Below, in pieces: positions 54,598 to 63,599 of a stretch of 64,000 nt of DNA. Position numbers and translations under genes: made by a program. Within the stretch, counting starts at the first letter, position 1, and the number at the start of each line of letters is the position of its first letter. The stretch comes from Thermoanaerobaculia bacterium (GTDB taxonomy: Bacteria > Acidobacteriota > Thermoanaerobaculia > Multivoradales > UBA5704), in NCBI GenBank assembly GCA_044226625.1, contig JBGAGQ010000006.1:96001-160000 (forward strand). Direction: 5' to 3'. The notes under the pieces are model-generated. The model had not been told where the DNA came from. It saw only the letters and a program-made list of their open reading frames with translations, and searched no databases.

Positions 54598-56208
54598 ATG
54601 CCGTTTTCCTCGTTCGGACTCCATCCGGAACTCTTAGAGGGGGTTCGGAACCTCGGCCTCACCCATCCCACCAACCTGCAGAAGGACGCCCTGCCGCCGA
54701 TCCTGGAGGGGCGCGACCTGATGGCTCTCGCGGCCACGGGAAGCGGCAAGACCGCCGCGTATCTGCTCCCGGTCCTTCATGGACTGCTCGCCCGGCGCGC
54801 GCCCGCGGAGACTCCCGAGCCCGCGGCCGAAGGCTCGGATGCAGGGAACCCGGATTCGGGCGCGCAGCCTTCCACGGGGCGTGCCTTGATCCTCGCGCCC
54901 TCGCGCGAGCTGACGATCCAGATCCGCGAGAAGGCTCGCGCCTTCGGCCATCGGTGCGACCTGCGGATCCTCGCAGTCTGCGACGGAGGCGACGCCGACG
55001 AGCAGTTGTCGGAGGGTTTTGATCTCTTGGTCGCGGTGCCCACGAGCCTGCCCGCGGCGATCGAGCGGATGCCGAATCTCCTCGCCGGCGTGGAGATCCT
55101 GGTGCTCGACGAGGTCGATCGGATGCTCGGACCCGAGCTGGTCGCGGCGCTCGACCGCCTGCCCGAGGCGCCGCGCCAGCGGATCATCTTCGCCAACCTG
55201 CCGTCAGCCCCGGTGACCGAGTTCGCACGCCAACTGCTGCGCGAGCCCGTCGAGGTCGGCCAGTCCCGTCCGCCCGAGCTGCCGGAGAACCTCGATCAGG
55301 CGGTGTACGAGGTGCGCGAGGAGCTCAAGGCTCCGCTCCTGCTCGAGCTGCTCCGGCGCGATCTGGTGGCGAGCGTGGTGGTCTTCGCTCGCACCAAGCA
55401 TCGGGCGAACCGGCTGACCGAGCTGCTCGCCAAGAACGGCATCGTTTGCGATCGCATCCACGGCAACCGGTCTCCCGGCCAGCGCGCGGCAGCGATTGCG
55501 AGCTTCAACGAGGGGCGGTTGCGCGCCCTGGTCGCCACCGACGTCGCGGCCCGGGGCATGGGAGTCGAGGGCACGGTGAGCGTCGTCCATTTCGACGCGC
55601 CGACCTCCGGGGAGGACTACCTCCAACGCGTCACGCTCTCCTCCGACATCGCCGCCTCCCTGTCGCTCGTCGCCGAGCGCGAGCTCGGCGAGCTGCGGGC
55701 CATCGAGCGCATCCTCGGCTCGCCGCTGCCGCGCCGCACGCTCGAGGATTTCGACTACGCCCAAGAGCCGGAAGAAAAGCTCGAAGCGCAGGAGAGCAGC
55801 GCGGAGGCGCGACCCGCGCGACCCGAGGCGCGCCGTAACGAAGAGCGAAATCGGGGCAAGAAGCGCGAGGAACGCAAGCCGCAGCAGCCCAAACCGCAAG
55901 CCCAGGCGAGCGAGGGCGGAGAACGCCGCCCGCGTCGCGAGGCCCGGCAGCCACAGGCACCGCGGGCCGAGATCGGCAACTCGATCTACGGTCCGTACGG
56001 CGGCGGCGGCGGTGGGGGCAACTCGTACGGATCCGGCCACGGGCCGGGGCCGAACGGCAACGTCGCCCCGCGCCGCGGCAAGGGTCGCGGCTTCGTCCCG
56101 CCTTACCGGCAGATCCAGGGCGATCCGAACTCCAATTCGAATCCCTCGCTCCTCCCCGACCGTCCCCCTTCGGGCATCCGCGGCCGGCGCTCGACGTTCA
56201 AAGGCTGA
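54598..56208 (+). CDS. DEAD-box helicase-like protein with degenerate motifs
   Basis: Q motif, ATGSGKT, PSREL, DEVD, VFARTK, TDVAARG present; motifs Ib, III and VI altered; low-complexity R/G/P tail. Confidence 0.85.
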   Translation: MPFSSFGLHPELLEGVRNLGLTHPTNLQKDALPPILEGRDLMALAATGSGKTAAYLLPVLHGLLARRAPAETPEPAAEGSDAGNPDSGAQPSTGRALILAPSRELTIQIREKARAFGHRCDLRILAVCDGGDADEQLSEGFDLLVAVPTSLPAAIERMPNLLAGVEILVLDEVDRMLGPELVAALDRLPEAPRQRIIFANLPSAPVTEFARQLLREPVEVGQSRPPELPENLDQAVYEVREELKAPLLLELLRRDLVASVVVFARTKHRANRLTELLAKNGIVCDRIHGNRSPGQRAAAIASFNEGRLRALVATDVAARGMGVEGTVSVVHFDAPTSGEDYLQRVTLSSDIAASLSLVAERELGELRAIERILGSPLPRRTLEDFDYAQEPEEKLEAQESSAEARPARPEARRNEERNRGKKREERKPQQPKPQAQASEGGERRPRREARQPQAPRAEIGNSIYGPYGGGGGGGNSYGSGHGPGPNGNVAPRRGKGRGFVPPYRQIQGDPNSNSNPSLLPDRPPSGIRGRRSTFKG

Positions 56209-56225
56209 GGCGCGAGAAATCCCCG

Positions 56226-56257
56226 AGGCCCCGCTCTCTTCGAGGCGGGGCCTTTTT
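56226..56257 (+). terminator. Rho-independent terminator
   Basis: AGGCCCCGC / GCGGGGCCT stem followed by a T run. Confidence 0.8.
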
Positions 56258-56275
56258 CTATCCCGGAGGTCCTAG

Positions 56276-56791
56276 ATGGCCCGCGCCCGACGCTACTGGC
56301 TGATGAAATGCGAGCCGGAGGCCTATTCGATCGACGACCTCGAACGCGACGGCTCCACCTGTTGGGAAGGGGTCCGAAACTTCCAGGCCCGCAACTATCT
56401 GCGCGACGACTTCGCGGTCGGCGACGGAGTTCTTTTCTACGCCTCGAACTCGGTGCCCTCCGGCGTCGCCGGCCTCGCCGAGGTCTCCCGGTCGGCCTAT
56501 CCCGATTCCTTCGCCTTCGAAGCGAAACACGACTACTTCGATCCGAAGAGCGATCCGGAGAATCCGACCTGGTTCATGGTGGACGTCCGTTTCGTCGAGA
56601 AATTCGCCGAGATCGTGCCGCTCGAGGCGCTCAAGACGACCCCCGGGCTCGAGGAGATGATGGTCATCCGAAAAGGGATGCGCCTTTCGATCCAACCGGT
56701 CGCGAAGTCGGAGTTCGAGATCGTCAAGAAGCTCGGCCGCGCCACGGGCGGATCCGGCCGGCCCGGTCGGAATTCGGCGCGCGCGAAATGA
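56276..56791 (+). CDS. EVE domain protein
   Basis: YWLMKCEP, WEGVRNFQARN, YFDPKS, RLSIQPV. Confidence 0.92.
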   Translation: MARARRYWLMKCEPEAYSIDDLERDGSTCWEGVRNFQARNYLRDDFAVGDGVLFYASNSVPSGVAGLAEVSRSAYPDSFAFEAKHDYFDPKSDPENPTWFMVDVRFVEKFAEIVPLEALKTTPGLEEMMVIRKGMRLSIQPVAKSEFEIVKKLGRATGGSGRPGRNSARAK

Positions 56792-56976
56792 GCGCTTCGA
56801 CCGATTGGGTCGAGATCCAATGCCCCTACTGCGGCGAGCGGATCGAGGTCGCGATCGAATCCGACCAGTGGGGGAAGCTCGTCCAAGACTGCGAGGTCTG
56901 CTGCAATCCCTGGGAGCTCACCATCCGCCGCGACCGCTACGGCGACCTCGACGTCCGGGTGGAGAAAGCGCAGTAG
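56788..56976 (+). CDS. CPXCG-motif cysteine-rich small protein
   Basis: CPYCGE...QDCEVCCNPW; ATGA overlap with the EVE gene. Confidence 0.85.
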   Translation: MSASTDWVEIQCPYCGERIEVAIESDQWGKLVQDCEVCCNPWELTIRRDRYGDLDVRVEKAQ

Positions 56977-57000
56977 GTCGCCTGTGAAAGCGCCGACTCC

Positions 57001-57990
57001 ATGAAAACGTCGACGATGAAAGCGCTCGCCTTCGATTCCTTCGGCGACCCCGCGGTGCTCGGCTTGCGCGACCTACCCGAGCCGGCGCCGGCGCCCGGGC
57101 ATGCCCTAGTGCGCACCCGGGCGATCGGGCTCAACTTCGCCGACGTCTATCGGCGACGCGGCCACTACCACCTGGCCGGTCCTCCTCCTTACGTCGCGGG
57201 CTACGAGGCGGCCGGGGTGATCGAAACGATCGAAGCGACCGGAGGAGCGGACGTTCCCTTCGCCAAAGGCGACCGGGTGGGCTTCGCGGACAGCCCGTTC
57301 GCCAACGCGGAGCTCGTCTCGGTACCGATCGAGAAGCTGATCCCGCTGCCCGACGACATCTCGTTCGAGACCGCGGCGGCGATCCTCCTCCAGGGTCTCA
57401 CCGCCCAATACCTAACCCGCGACAGCCATCCGATCGGACCCGGCGAAAGCGTCCTGGTGCACGCGGCGGCAGGCGGGGTGGGCCTCCTGTTGGTGCAGAT
57501 CGCGAAACGGCTCGGCGCCCGAGTGCTCGGCCTTACGTCGAGCACCGGCAAGGCGGCCGCGATCCTCGCCGCCGGCGCCGAAGCGACCGCCCTCTACGAT
57601 GAGGATTGGGTGCGCGCGGCGCGCGAGTTTTCCTACGGCGAAGGGGTCGACGTGGTCTACGAATCCGTCGGCTCGACGCTCACCGAAAGCTTCGCCGCCG
57701 CCCGAAACGGCGGCCACGTCGTCTTTTTCGGCATGGCCGGCGGCGACCCGCCGCCGATCGACCCCCGCATGCTGATGGACACCTCGAAGCGGATCACCGG
57801 CGGCGACCTTTGGAACGTCCTGCGGACCGGCGAAGATCGTCGCTTTCGCGCGGCCGAGCTGTTCGGCTGGGTGCGCCAAGGCATCCTGCGGGTGACGATC
57901 GCCGCGCGGTACCCCCTCGCCGAGGGCGCCGCCGCCCACGCGTTCCTCGAGAGCCGCAAGAGCTCGGGGAAGGTGCTGCTGATCCCCTGA
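57001..57990 (+). CDS. NADPH:quinone oxidoreductase (MDR family)
   Basis: GLNFAD, GYEAAG, HAAAGGVG, SRKSSGKVLL. Confidence 0.9.
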   Translation: MKTSTMKALAFDSFGDPAVLGLRDLPEPAPAPGHALVRTRAIGLNFADVYRRRGHYHLAGPPPYVAGYEAAGVIETIEATGGADVPFAKGDRVGFADSPFANAELVSVPIEKLIPLPDDISFETAAAILLQGLTAQYLTRDSHPIGPGESVLVHAAAGGVGLLLVQIAKRLGARVLGLTSSTGKAAAILAAGAEATALYDEDWVRAAREFSYGEGVDVVYESVGSTLTESFAAARNGGHVVFFGMAGGDPPPIDPRMLMDTSKRITGGDLWNVLRTGEDRRFRAAELFGWVRQGILRVTIAARYPLAEGAAAHAFLESRKSSGKVLLIP

Positions 57991-58003
57991 GGATCTCGAC
58001 CGC

Positions 58004-58714
58004 TCAATACTCCGGTGTCTGCGATCGGCTGCGCAGCAGCACCTCTTCCAGCCGGACCTCGGGAGGAAGTCGCACCGCGAGCCGTAAGACCTCGGCCACC
58101 GCGTCCGGACGCAGGAACCACTCCTTGCCCGCGGCGCCTTCGGTCGATCCGGCGAACGTGGTGTCGGTCGCCCCGGGGCGCAGCTCCAAGATTCGCAGGT
58201 TCGGGTGCTCCTGCTGGAGAGTCCGGGAGAGGGCACGCAAAGCGAATTTGGTCGCGGTGTAGGCGCCCCCGGTCGGGAAGGTTCGGGCCGAGACGTCGGA
58301 GGAGATCATCGCCACCATCCCCTGCGACGATTCGAGCGCGGGAAGAAAGGCCCGGGTCGCGAGCCACACCCCTCGGACGTTGACCCGCCATTGGCGGTCG
58401 AAATCCTCTACGGACAGCTCATCCAGGCGCCCGAAGACGCCGACCCCGGCGTTGTTCACCAGCAGATCGAGGCGCGGACCGAACCGATCCCTCACCGCGT
58501 CGCGAAACCCCTCGACGCTCGCGGGCTCTTCGACGTCCAACCGGAACGCGAGGTGTTCCCCCGGCAGCTCGGCGGCGATCCGTTCGAGCGCCGAAAGGTC
58601 GCGCGCTCCGAGAGCCAAGGAGAATCCCTCCTCGGCGAGAACCCGCGCGAACGCACGGCCAAGCCCGCGAGAGGCCCCGGTGATCGCCGCGATGCGAGGG
58701 GTCGAGGAGGGCAA
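58004..58714 (-). CDS. Short-chain dehydrogenase/reductase
   Basis: TGASRGLG, NNAG, YTATK. Confidence 0.9.
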   Translation of the reverse strand: MPSSTPRIAAITGASRGLGRAFARVLAEEGFSLALGARDLSALERIAAELPGEHLAFRLDVEEPASVEGFRDAVRDRFGPRLDLLVNNAGVGVFGRLDELSVEDFDRQWRVNVRGVWLATRAFLPALESSQGMVAMISSDVSARTFPTGGAYTATKFALRALSRTLQQEHPNLRILELRPGATDTTFAGSTEGAAGKEWFLRPDAVAEVLRLAVRLPPEVRLEEVLLRSRSQTPEY

Positions 58715-58746
58715 CGCGCTATTCCACCGTCACGGGGCGCGAGCGG

Positions 58747-59067
58747 TCAGTCCGCTTTCGCCGCGGTGTCCTTCTTTTCCGCCTTGGGCTCGCTCTTGGC
58801 TTCTGTCTTGGCTTCCGACGAACCGCCATCGGACTTGGCCTCGGACTTCGTTTCCGAAGACGAGCTCGACTCGGACTTGCCGCTGCTCTTGCCGGCATAG
58901 TCCGTGACGTACCAGCCGCTTCCCTTGAACTGGAACGCCGGCGAAGAAACCAGCTTCTTGACCTCGCCGCCGCATTTCGGACAGGCCGCGAGTGGGGGAT
59001 CGGAGATTTTCTGGAGTTGCTCGGTGCGCGTGCCGCACGCCAGGCATTGGTATTCGTAGATCGGCAT
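58747..59067 (-). CDS. FmdB-family zinc-ribbon protein
   Basis: [12 protein letters not shown]...CPKCGG...[11 protein letters not shown] plus S/K/E-rich tail. Confidence 0.92.
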   Translation of the reverse strand: MPIYEYQCLACGTRTEQLQKISDPPLAACPKCGGEVKKLVSSPAFQFKGSGWYVTDYAGKSSGKSESSSSSETKSEAKSDGGSSEAKTEAKSEPKAEKKDTAAKAD

Positions 59068-59123
59068 CGGGGAACGGGCTCCTCGAACTTGAAGTTTGGC
59101 TCGGCGCGCCGGCCGGCGGGCCC

Positions 59124-59987
59124 TCAGGAACCGGATTTGGGGGCGACAGTCTTGAACCGGATGCGGATCGCCCCGGAGCTCTCGTCGACCGGGGACTCCG
59201 CCGGGGGCGCCGCCCATCCGACCGACGAGGGCACCTCGCAGCGACGGATGAGCTGCAGCGCGGCAAAAGCGTAGAGCAGCTTGCCGTTTTCCGCCACCCC
59301 TCGCGGCCCCTGGGTGCAGATGTCGAACAGGGTCCGGCGCCCGTCCACCAGCTCGAGCAGACGCATCTCGTCGGACTCGAGGGCAGTTTCGATCAGGTCC
59401 TCGGTCCGATAGGCCGGCTCGAACACCGTCTCCTTGCGGCCGAGCCGCGCGACCAGGGTCTTCGCGTTCTGCGATCGCTCGATCCCACGTAGGATCACCT
59501 GCCGCATCGGCAATTGGATGCGAATCGCGTCGGGATTGCGAAAGCCGCCGATCTTGAACCGGATCTCGCCGTCCGGCCAGTCGAACAGGCTCCAGACGAT
59601 CCCTTCGATCTGCTGGCGGATCGCCTGGTAGACCTGGGCCGGGGCGAGCAGCCCGCGCTCGATCAGCAGCACGCCGAGCCGTTGATTCGTCTTCTGTCGG
59701 GCGGCCATCGCCTCGGCGAACGCCTGCGCGCTGAGCAGGCCACTTCGCTGCAGATGGTGGCCCAAGCTGTCGTGCAGATCCGAGGAGCTTGCCGAGACGA
59801 CGTTGCCTTCTCGGAGGAAGACCCGCTTGACCATTCCTTCGCGGGTCGCGACCATCTCGCCCGGCACCTGGAAACGGTCGATCGTATAGAGGATTTCCGG
59901 GAGAGCGACCTCGGAAAGGTTCCCTCGATACTGAAATGAGGTTTCCTCGTTGGGGGGGAGGTCACCCTCCGGCTGCGCCTGCGTCAT
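59124..59987 (-). CDS. DUF4388 domain protein
   Basis: [36 protein letters not shown]. Confidence 0.85.
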   Translation of the reverse strand: MTQAQPEGDLPPNEETSFQYRGNLSEVALPEILYTIDRFQVPGEMVATREGMVKRVFLREGNVVSASSSDLHDSLGHHLQRSGLLSAQAFAEAMAARQKTNQRLGVLLIERGLLAPAQVYQAIRQQIEGIVWSLFDWPDGEIRFKIGGFRNPDAIRIQLPMRQVILRGIERSQNAKTLVARLGRKETVFEPAYRTEDLIETALESDEMRLLELVDGRRTLFDICTQGPRGVAENGKLLYAFAALQLIRRCEVPSSVGWAAPPAESPVDESSGAIRIRFKTVAPKSGS

Positions 59988-60086
59988 GCCCGCTCTCTCT
60001 TCGGAACGGGCGAAGGATACCATTGGAGGCTGTTTTCCACCTCCCGAGGAAGCCTCCAACGATTACCGCCCCATAATCACCACCCG

Positions 60087-61292
60087 ATGATCTCCCCCGA
60101 CGAAGCGTGGAACCGAATCGACTGCGAGCTGCGCGCACGCACGCCGGGGACGATCGTCCTGCCGCGCCGCGAGGCGGCGGGTCGAATCCTCTCCGAGCCG
60201 CTCACCGCCCGGGTGGACGTGCCGGCCGCGGACGTCTCGGCGATGGACGGCTACGCCCTCTCTGGCGAGGTCCCCTCGGTCGGCGAGCCGGTCCCCGTCC
60301 TCGGGGCGATCCGCGCCGGGGATCCGCCCGGCCGCTCCCTCCCCGCCGGAGCCGCGGTTCGGATCATGACGGGCGCCCCGGTGCCCTTGGGGGCGGACCG
60401 GATCCTCCCGATCGAGCAGACCGACGGCGGCCGTGAACGCGTCGTCTTCCGCGCTTCTCCTTCGGTCGGCGACCACGTCCGCCGTCGGGGCGAGATCCTG
60501 CGTTCGGGCGATCCCATGCTCGACACCGGGACCTCCTTGAGCCCCGCCGCGCTCGCCTTGCTCGCCACCCACGGCTACATCGAGGTGCCAGTCGTCCGGC
60601 CGCCGAGCGTCGCAATCCTTACGACCGGCGACGAGGTCGTACCGCCGGACATCGAGCCGGAACCGGGCCAACTGCGCGACTCGCACACCGATTTCCTTCT
60701 CGCCGCCACGGCGACCCTCGGCATCGCGGCCCGCTCGCTCGGCATCGCCCCGGATCAGGAGGAGGAGCTGACGACGCGGATTGCGGAGGGCCTCGGGTTC
60801 GACGTACTGCTCCTCTGCGGCGGCGTCTCGAAAGGCGAGCACGATTTCGTCGAGCCGGCCCTCGAGCGGCTCGGCTGCCGGATCCTCTTCGACGGCGTCG
60901 CGATCCAACCGGGGGCGCCGCTCGTGTTCGCGGTCCACGATCGAGGCATCGTCTTCGGCCTCCCCGGCAACCCCGCGTCGGTGATGACCTGTTTCTGGCT
61001 GTTCGTCCGCCCGGCGCTCCGGCGATGGCTCGGCGTCTCCGACGGTTTCTGGCGCGGCGCTCTGCGCGGAGAGCTCGAAGGGCCCCTCCCGGGAGCTTCG
61101 GCGCGCGACCGCTTTCTCGCCGCTCGGATGTCTTTCGTCGACGGCGCGATCCGGGTGTTTCCCCGGATCTCCCGAGGCTCCCACGATCTCGCCGCCTTCG
61201 CGCTCGGTGAGGGGCTCGTCCGCGTCCGAGCCGGCGCGTCGCCGCAGCAGGCCGGCGCGCCATGCGAGGTGTTGCCCCTTACCGGCCTGTGA
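60087..61292 (+). CDS. moeA: Molybdopterin molybdenumtransferase
   Basis: SAMDGYA, RIMTGAPVP, TGDEV, GGVSKG..D, GLPGNP. Confidence 0.93.
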   Translation: MISPDEAWNRIDCELRARTPGTIVLPRREAAGRILSEPLTARVDVPAADVSAMDGYALSGEVPSVGEPVPVLGAIRAGDPPGRSLPAGAAVRIMTGAPVPLGADRILPIEQTDGGRERVVFRASPSVGDHVRRRGEILRSGDPMLDTGTSLSPAALALLATHGYIEVPVVRPPSVAILTTGDEVVPPDIEPEPGQLRDSHTDFLLAATATLGIAARSLGIAPDQEEELTTRIAEGLGFDVLLLCGGVSKGEHDFVEPALERLGCRILFDGVAIQPGAPLVFAVHDRGIVFGLPGNPASVMTCFWLFVRPALRRWLGVSDGFWRGALRGELEGPLPGASARDRFLAARMSFVDGAIRVFPRISRGSHDLAAFALGEGLVRVRAGASPQQAGAPCEVLPLTGL

Positions 61293-61402
61293 TTGCGACC
61301 CGCCCTCGGTATCGACCTTGCGGTGAGTGTTTAGCGTTCGGAAAGGGGTGTTTCCTACTCGGGCACCGGGGCGCGGGACGCTCCTCCCTCTTCTTTTCGC
61401 GC

Positions 61403-61432
61403 TTGACAGAAAGCCCATCTCACCCCTAGCAT
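61403..61432 (+). promoter_or_regulatory. Putative sigma70 promoter of the thaumatin-like gene
   Basis: TTGACA-N18-TAGCAT. Confidence 0.45.
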
Positions 61433-61519
61433 TCCGATTATCCTGAAATGACGTGAGGTTCCTGGAGCCGCACCGGCTTCGGCTCTGCCGTCCACGGCGC
61501 ATGAGCGGAGGATGCTTCG

Positions 61520-62650
61520 ATGAGAAAATCGTCGTACGTCATCTCGATCGCAGCGGCTTGGGTGGTCTGCGCGACGTCACCCTTCTCGGGTCAACCGCCT
61601 CCGGGCACGCATCCTCGGCTGACCGTGGTCAACGGCTGCGCGTCCGGCCCGATTTGGGTCTTCTACCAGGTCGGTTCGGGCGGCGGCAGCTTGCCGAATC
61701 CGATCGGCGTGCTCTCCAACGGCGGCGGCCCGGTGAGCTCGCCTGGCGATCCGGTCCAACTGGCTCCCCGGCAGTCCGTGAGCTTCTACATTCCGGACAT
61801 GGGGATCGCGGCGACCCGGTTCTGGGCGGGATACGGCTGCGATTCCGACGGGAACAACTGCCAGCTGGGCGACAGCGGCGGCGCCCAAGGGAACTTGATC
61901 CTGCCCTGCCCCGCGGCCGGATGCGCGCCGCCGGTGGACTCCAAGATCGAGGGAACGTTCGGCTGTATTCCCGGCGTCACGCCGTGCCAAAAGAATCCGT
62001 CGAACGGCCAGCCGCTCACGGCGACGGATTGGATCGACACTTCGATGGTCGACGGCTTCACGCTGCCCTACAAGGCGACCGTCAGCGGCACTTGCGAGAG
62101 CGCGCCGAAAAACAACACGATCGATTGCACGCGCCTGGCCCCGAGCGTCTGTCCGACCGGCGACAACCTCTCGTACAACCTGAAGAACCAGAGCGTGTAC
62201 CCGGCGTTCGCGAGCATGAACTTGAACCTCACCAACCCGTCGCAGAACACGAAATGGGCCGGCACCTGGGCCGGCTGCTACGCTCCGGGCTCGATCCTGA
62301 CGATGAACAACTGGGGCAACGCCCCCGCCAACCTGCCGAACGCCCCGCAGCCGGCCGGCGGCCACGCTCCCGGCGTCTACAGCCCGACCGATACGGTCGC
62401 TGCGCCTTATACCTGCGGGGGAATCACCTCTCCTCAGTGCAACGCGGGCCCGGTGGTGAACACGAAGTACGTCGCGGCGATCCACAAATACTGCCCGCAG
62501 ACCTACGCCTTCGCGTACGACGATCAAAACGGCCTGTTCCAGTGCAACGCGGCTACGAGCACCAGCTATACGATGACTTTCTACTGTCCGGCGGCGGGTG
62601 CGCCGACGAATGCGACCGCGAAAGCCAAGGCGAACAAGCCGGGCTCGTAG
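61520..62650 (+). CDS. Secreted thaumatin-like (PR-5 family) protein
   Basis: Signal peptide; VVNGC..PIW, RFWAGYGC, KIEGTF, IDTSMVDGFTLP, KYCPQTYAFAYDD, YTMTFYCP; Cys-rich. Confidence 0.85.
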   Translation: MRKSSYVISIAAAWVVCATSPFSGQPPPGTHPRLTVVNGCASGPIWVFYQVGSGGGSLPNPIGVLSNGGGPVSSPGDPVQLAPRQSVSFYIPDMGIAATRFWAGYGCDSDGNNCQLGDSGGAQGNLILPCPAAGCAPPVDSKIEGTFGCIPGVTPCQKNPSNGQPLTATDWIDTSMVDGFTLPYKATVSGTCESAPKNNTIDCTRLAPSVCPTGDNLSYNLKNQSVYPAFASMNLNLTNPSQNTKWAGTWAGCYAPGSILTMNNWGNAPANLPNAPQPAGGHAPGVYSPTDTVAAPYTCGGITSPQCNAGPVVNTKYVAAIHKYCPQTYAFAYDDQNGLFQCNAATSTSYTMTFYCPAAGAPTNATAKAKANKPGS

Positions 62651-62789
62651 ATGAGTCCGGCGGTCGGATTCAGATGCCGGCCTCTAGCTGTCACGTAGCA
62701 CGACCCCACGGGCACTCACTTGATTAAGGTCGTATTGTAACAAGGAATTCGGCCTGGGTGCGTTTCGTCCACGACGAGGGAGAGTCGCC

Positions 62790-62966
62790 ATGAAGAGGAA
62801 ATCGAAAAAGCTGAGTTTGCGCCGTGAGACTCTGACCGCTCACCATTCCTCAGGCCACGCTGTCGGCGGCGCCACCATGAGCGCATGTCTTCCAGAGACA
62901 GGGTGCCAAACCTGCCATGAGACTTGCTTTTCGTATTGCGAGTCCTGCATTCGTGCGGGTTGCTAG
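62790..62966 (+). CDS. Double-glycine-leader RiPP precursor (lanthipeptide-like), 58 aa
   Basis: Manual translation MKRKSKKLSLRRETLTAHHSSGHAVGG|ATMSACLPETGCQTCHETCFSYCESCIRAGC; RBS GAGGGAG; below the ORF-track size cutoff. Confidence 0.85.
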   Translation: MKRKSKKLSLRRETLTAHHSSGHAVGGATMSACLPETGCQTCHETCFSYCESCIRAGC

Positions 62967-63088
62967 GGGCACGTACCCGACGAAGCGATAGCGTCCTCGG
63001 GCCGGGTTTGATGTTCAGGACCGCAGCAGGTCCTGGTCTGGGCGTTTAGGCGTCGCGATGAATCGGCTCGATCGAGCGAGTACGGGCA

Positions 63089-63493
63089 CTAAGTGATCAC
63101 CGGCGGCAGCTTGGCCGCGATCTCCATCCACTCCTCGACCATGCTCGGGATCGGTACGCGGCGCGTCAGGTTTCTGGCGGCGTTGATCTCGGCCAGTTTG
63201 CGGGCGAGCTGGGTCGGCCGCCGGGCTCTCAGCTCTCGGATCGAATCGACGCCCGCTCCCAGGAGCAGCTCGGCGTACTGGCGGCCGATGCCGCGAACCC
63301 TCATCAGATCGGCGATGTTGGCCCATCGGAGCAGCTGCGCCTCAGAAATTCCGCTCTGAGCGGCGACTCGCTTCCTGCCGCCGGGGTCGGAGCATCGCTT
63401 GAGGAGTCCGGAGATCGTCTTGATCCCACAACGCTCGAGCTCGGCCGCGAAGCCCGGACCGATCTCCTCGACCTCGTGAACGGCGTAGCTCAT
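63089..63493 (-). CDS. DUF4332 domain (helix-hairpin-helix) protein
   Basis: GGAGG RBS; EIGP..A..L...GI.T, WANIADLMRVRGIG.QYAELL..AGVD. Confidence 0.88.
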   Translation of the reverse strand: MSYAVHEVEEIGPGFAAELERCGIKTISGLLKRCSDPGGRKRVAAQSGISEAQLLRWANIADLMRVRGIGRQYAELLLGAGVDSIRELRARRPTQLARKLAEINAARNLTRRVPIPSMVEEWMEIAAKLPPVIT

Positions 63494-63599
63494 GCCCGAT
63501 CCTCCTGGATGACGGCTCGCAGGCTGGGAAGCACGAAGAGCCTGTCACCGATTACGCGACCGCGGGGCAAATGTTGGGCCACTCGGGGGCCCACTCCGG

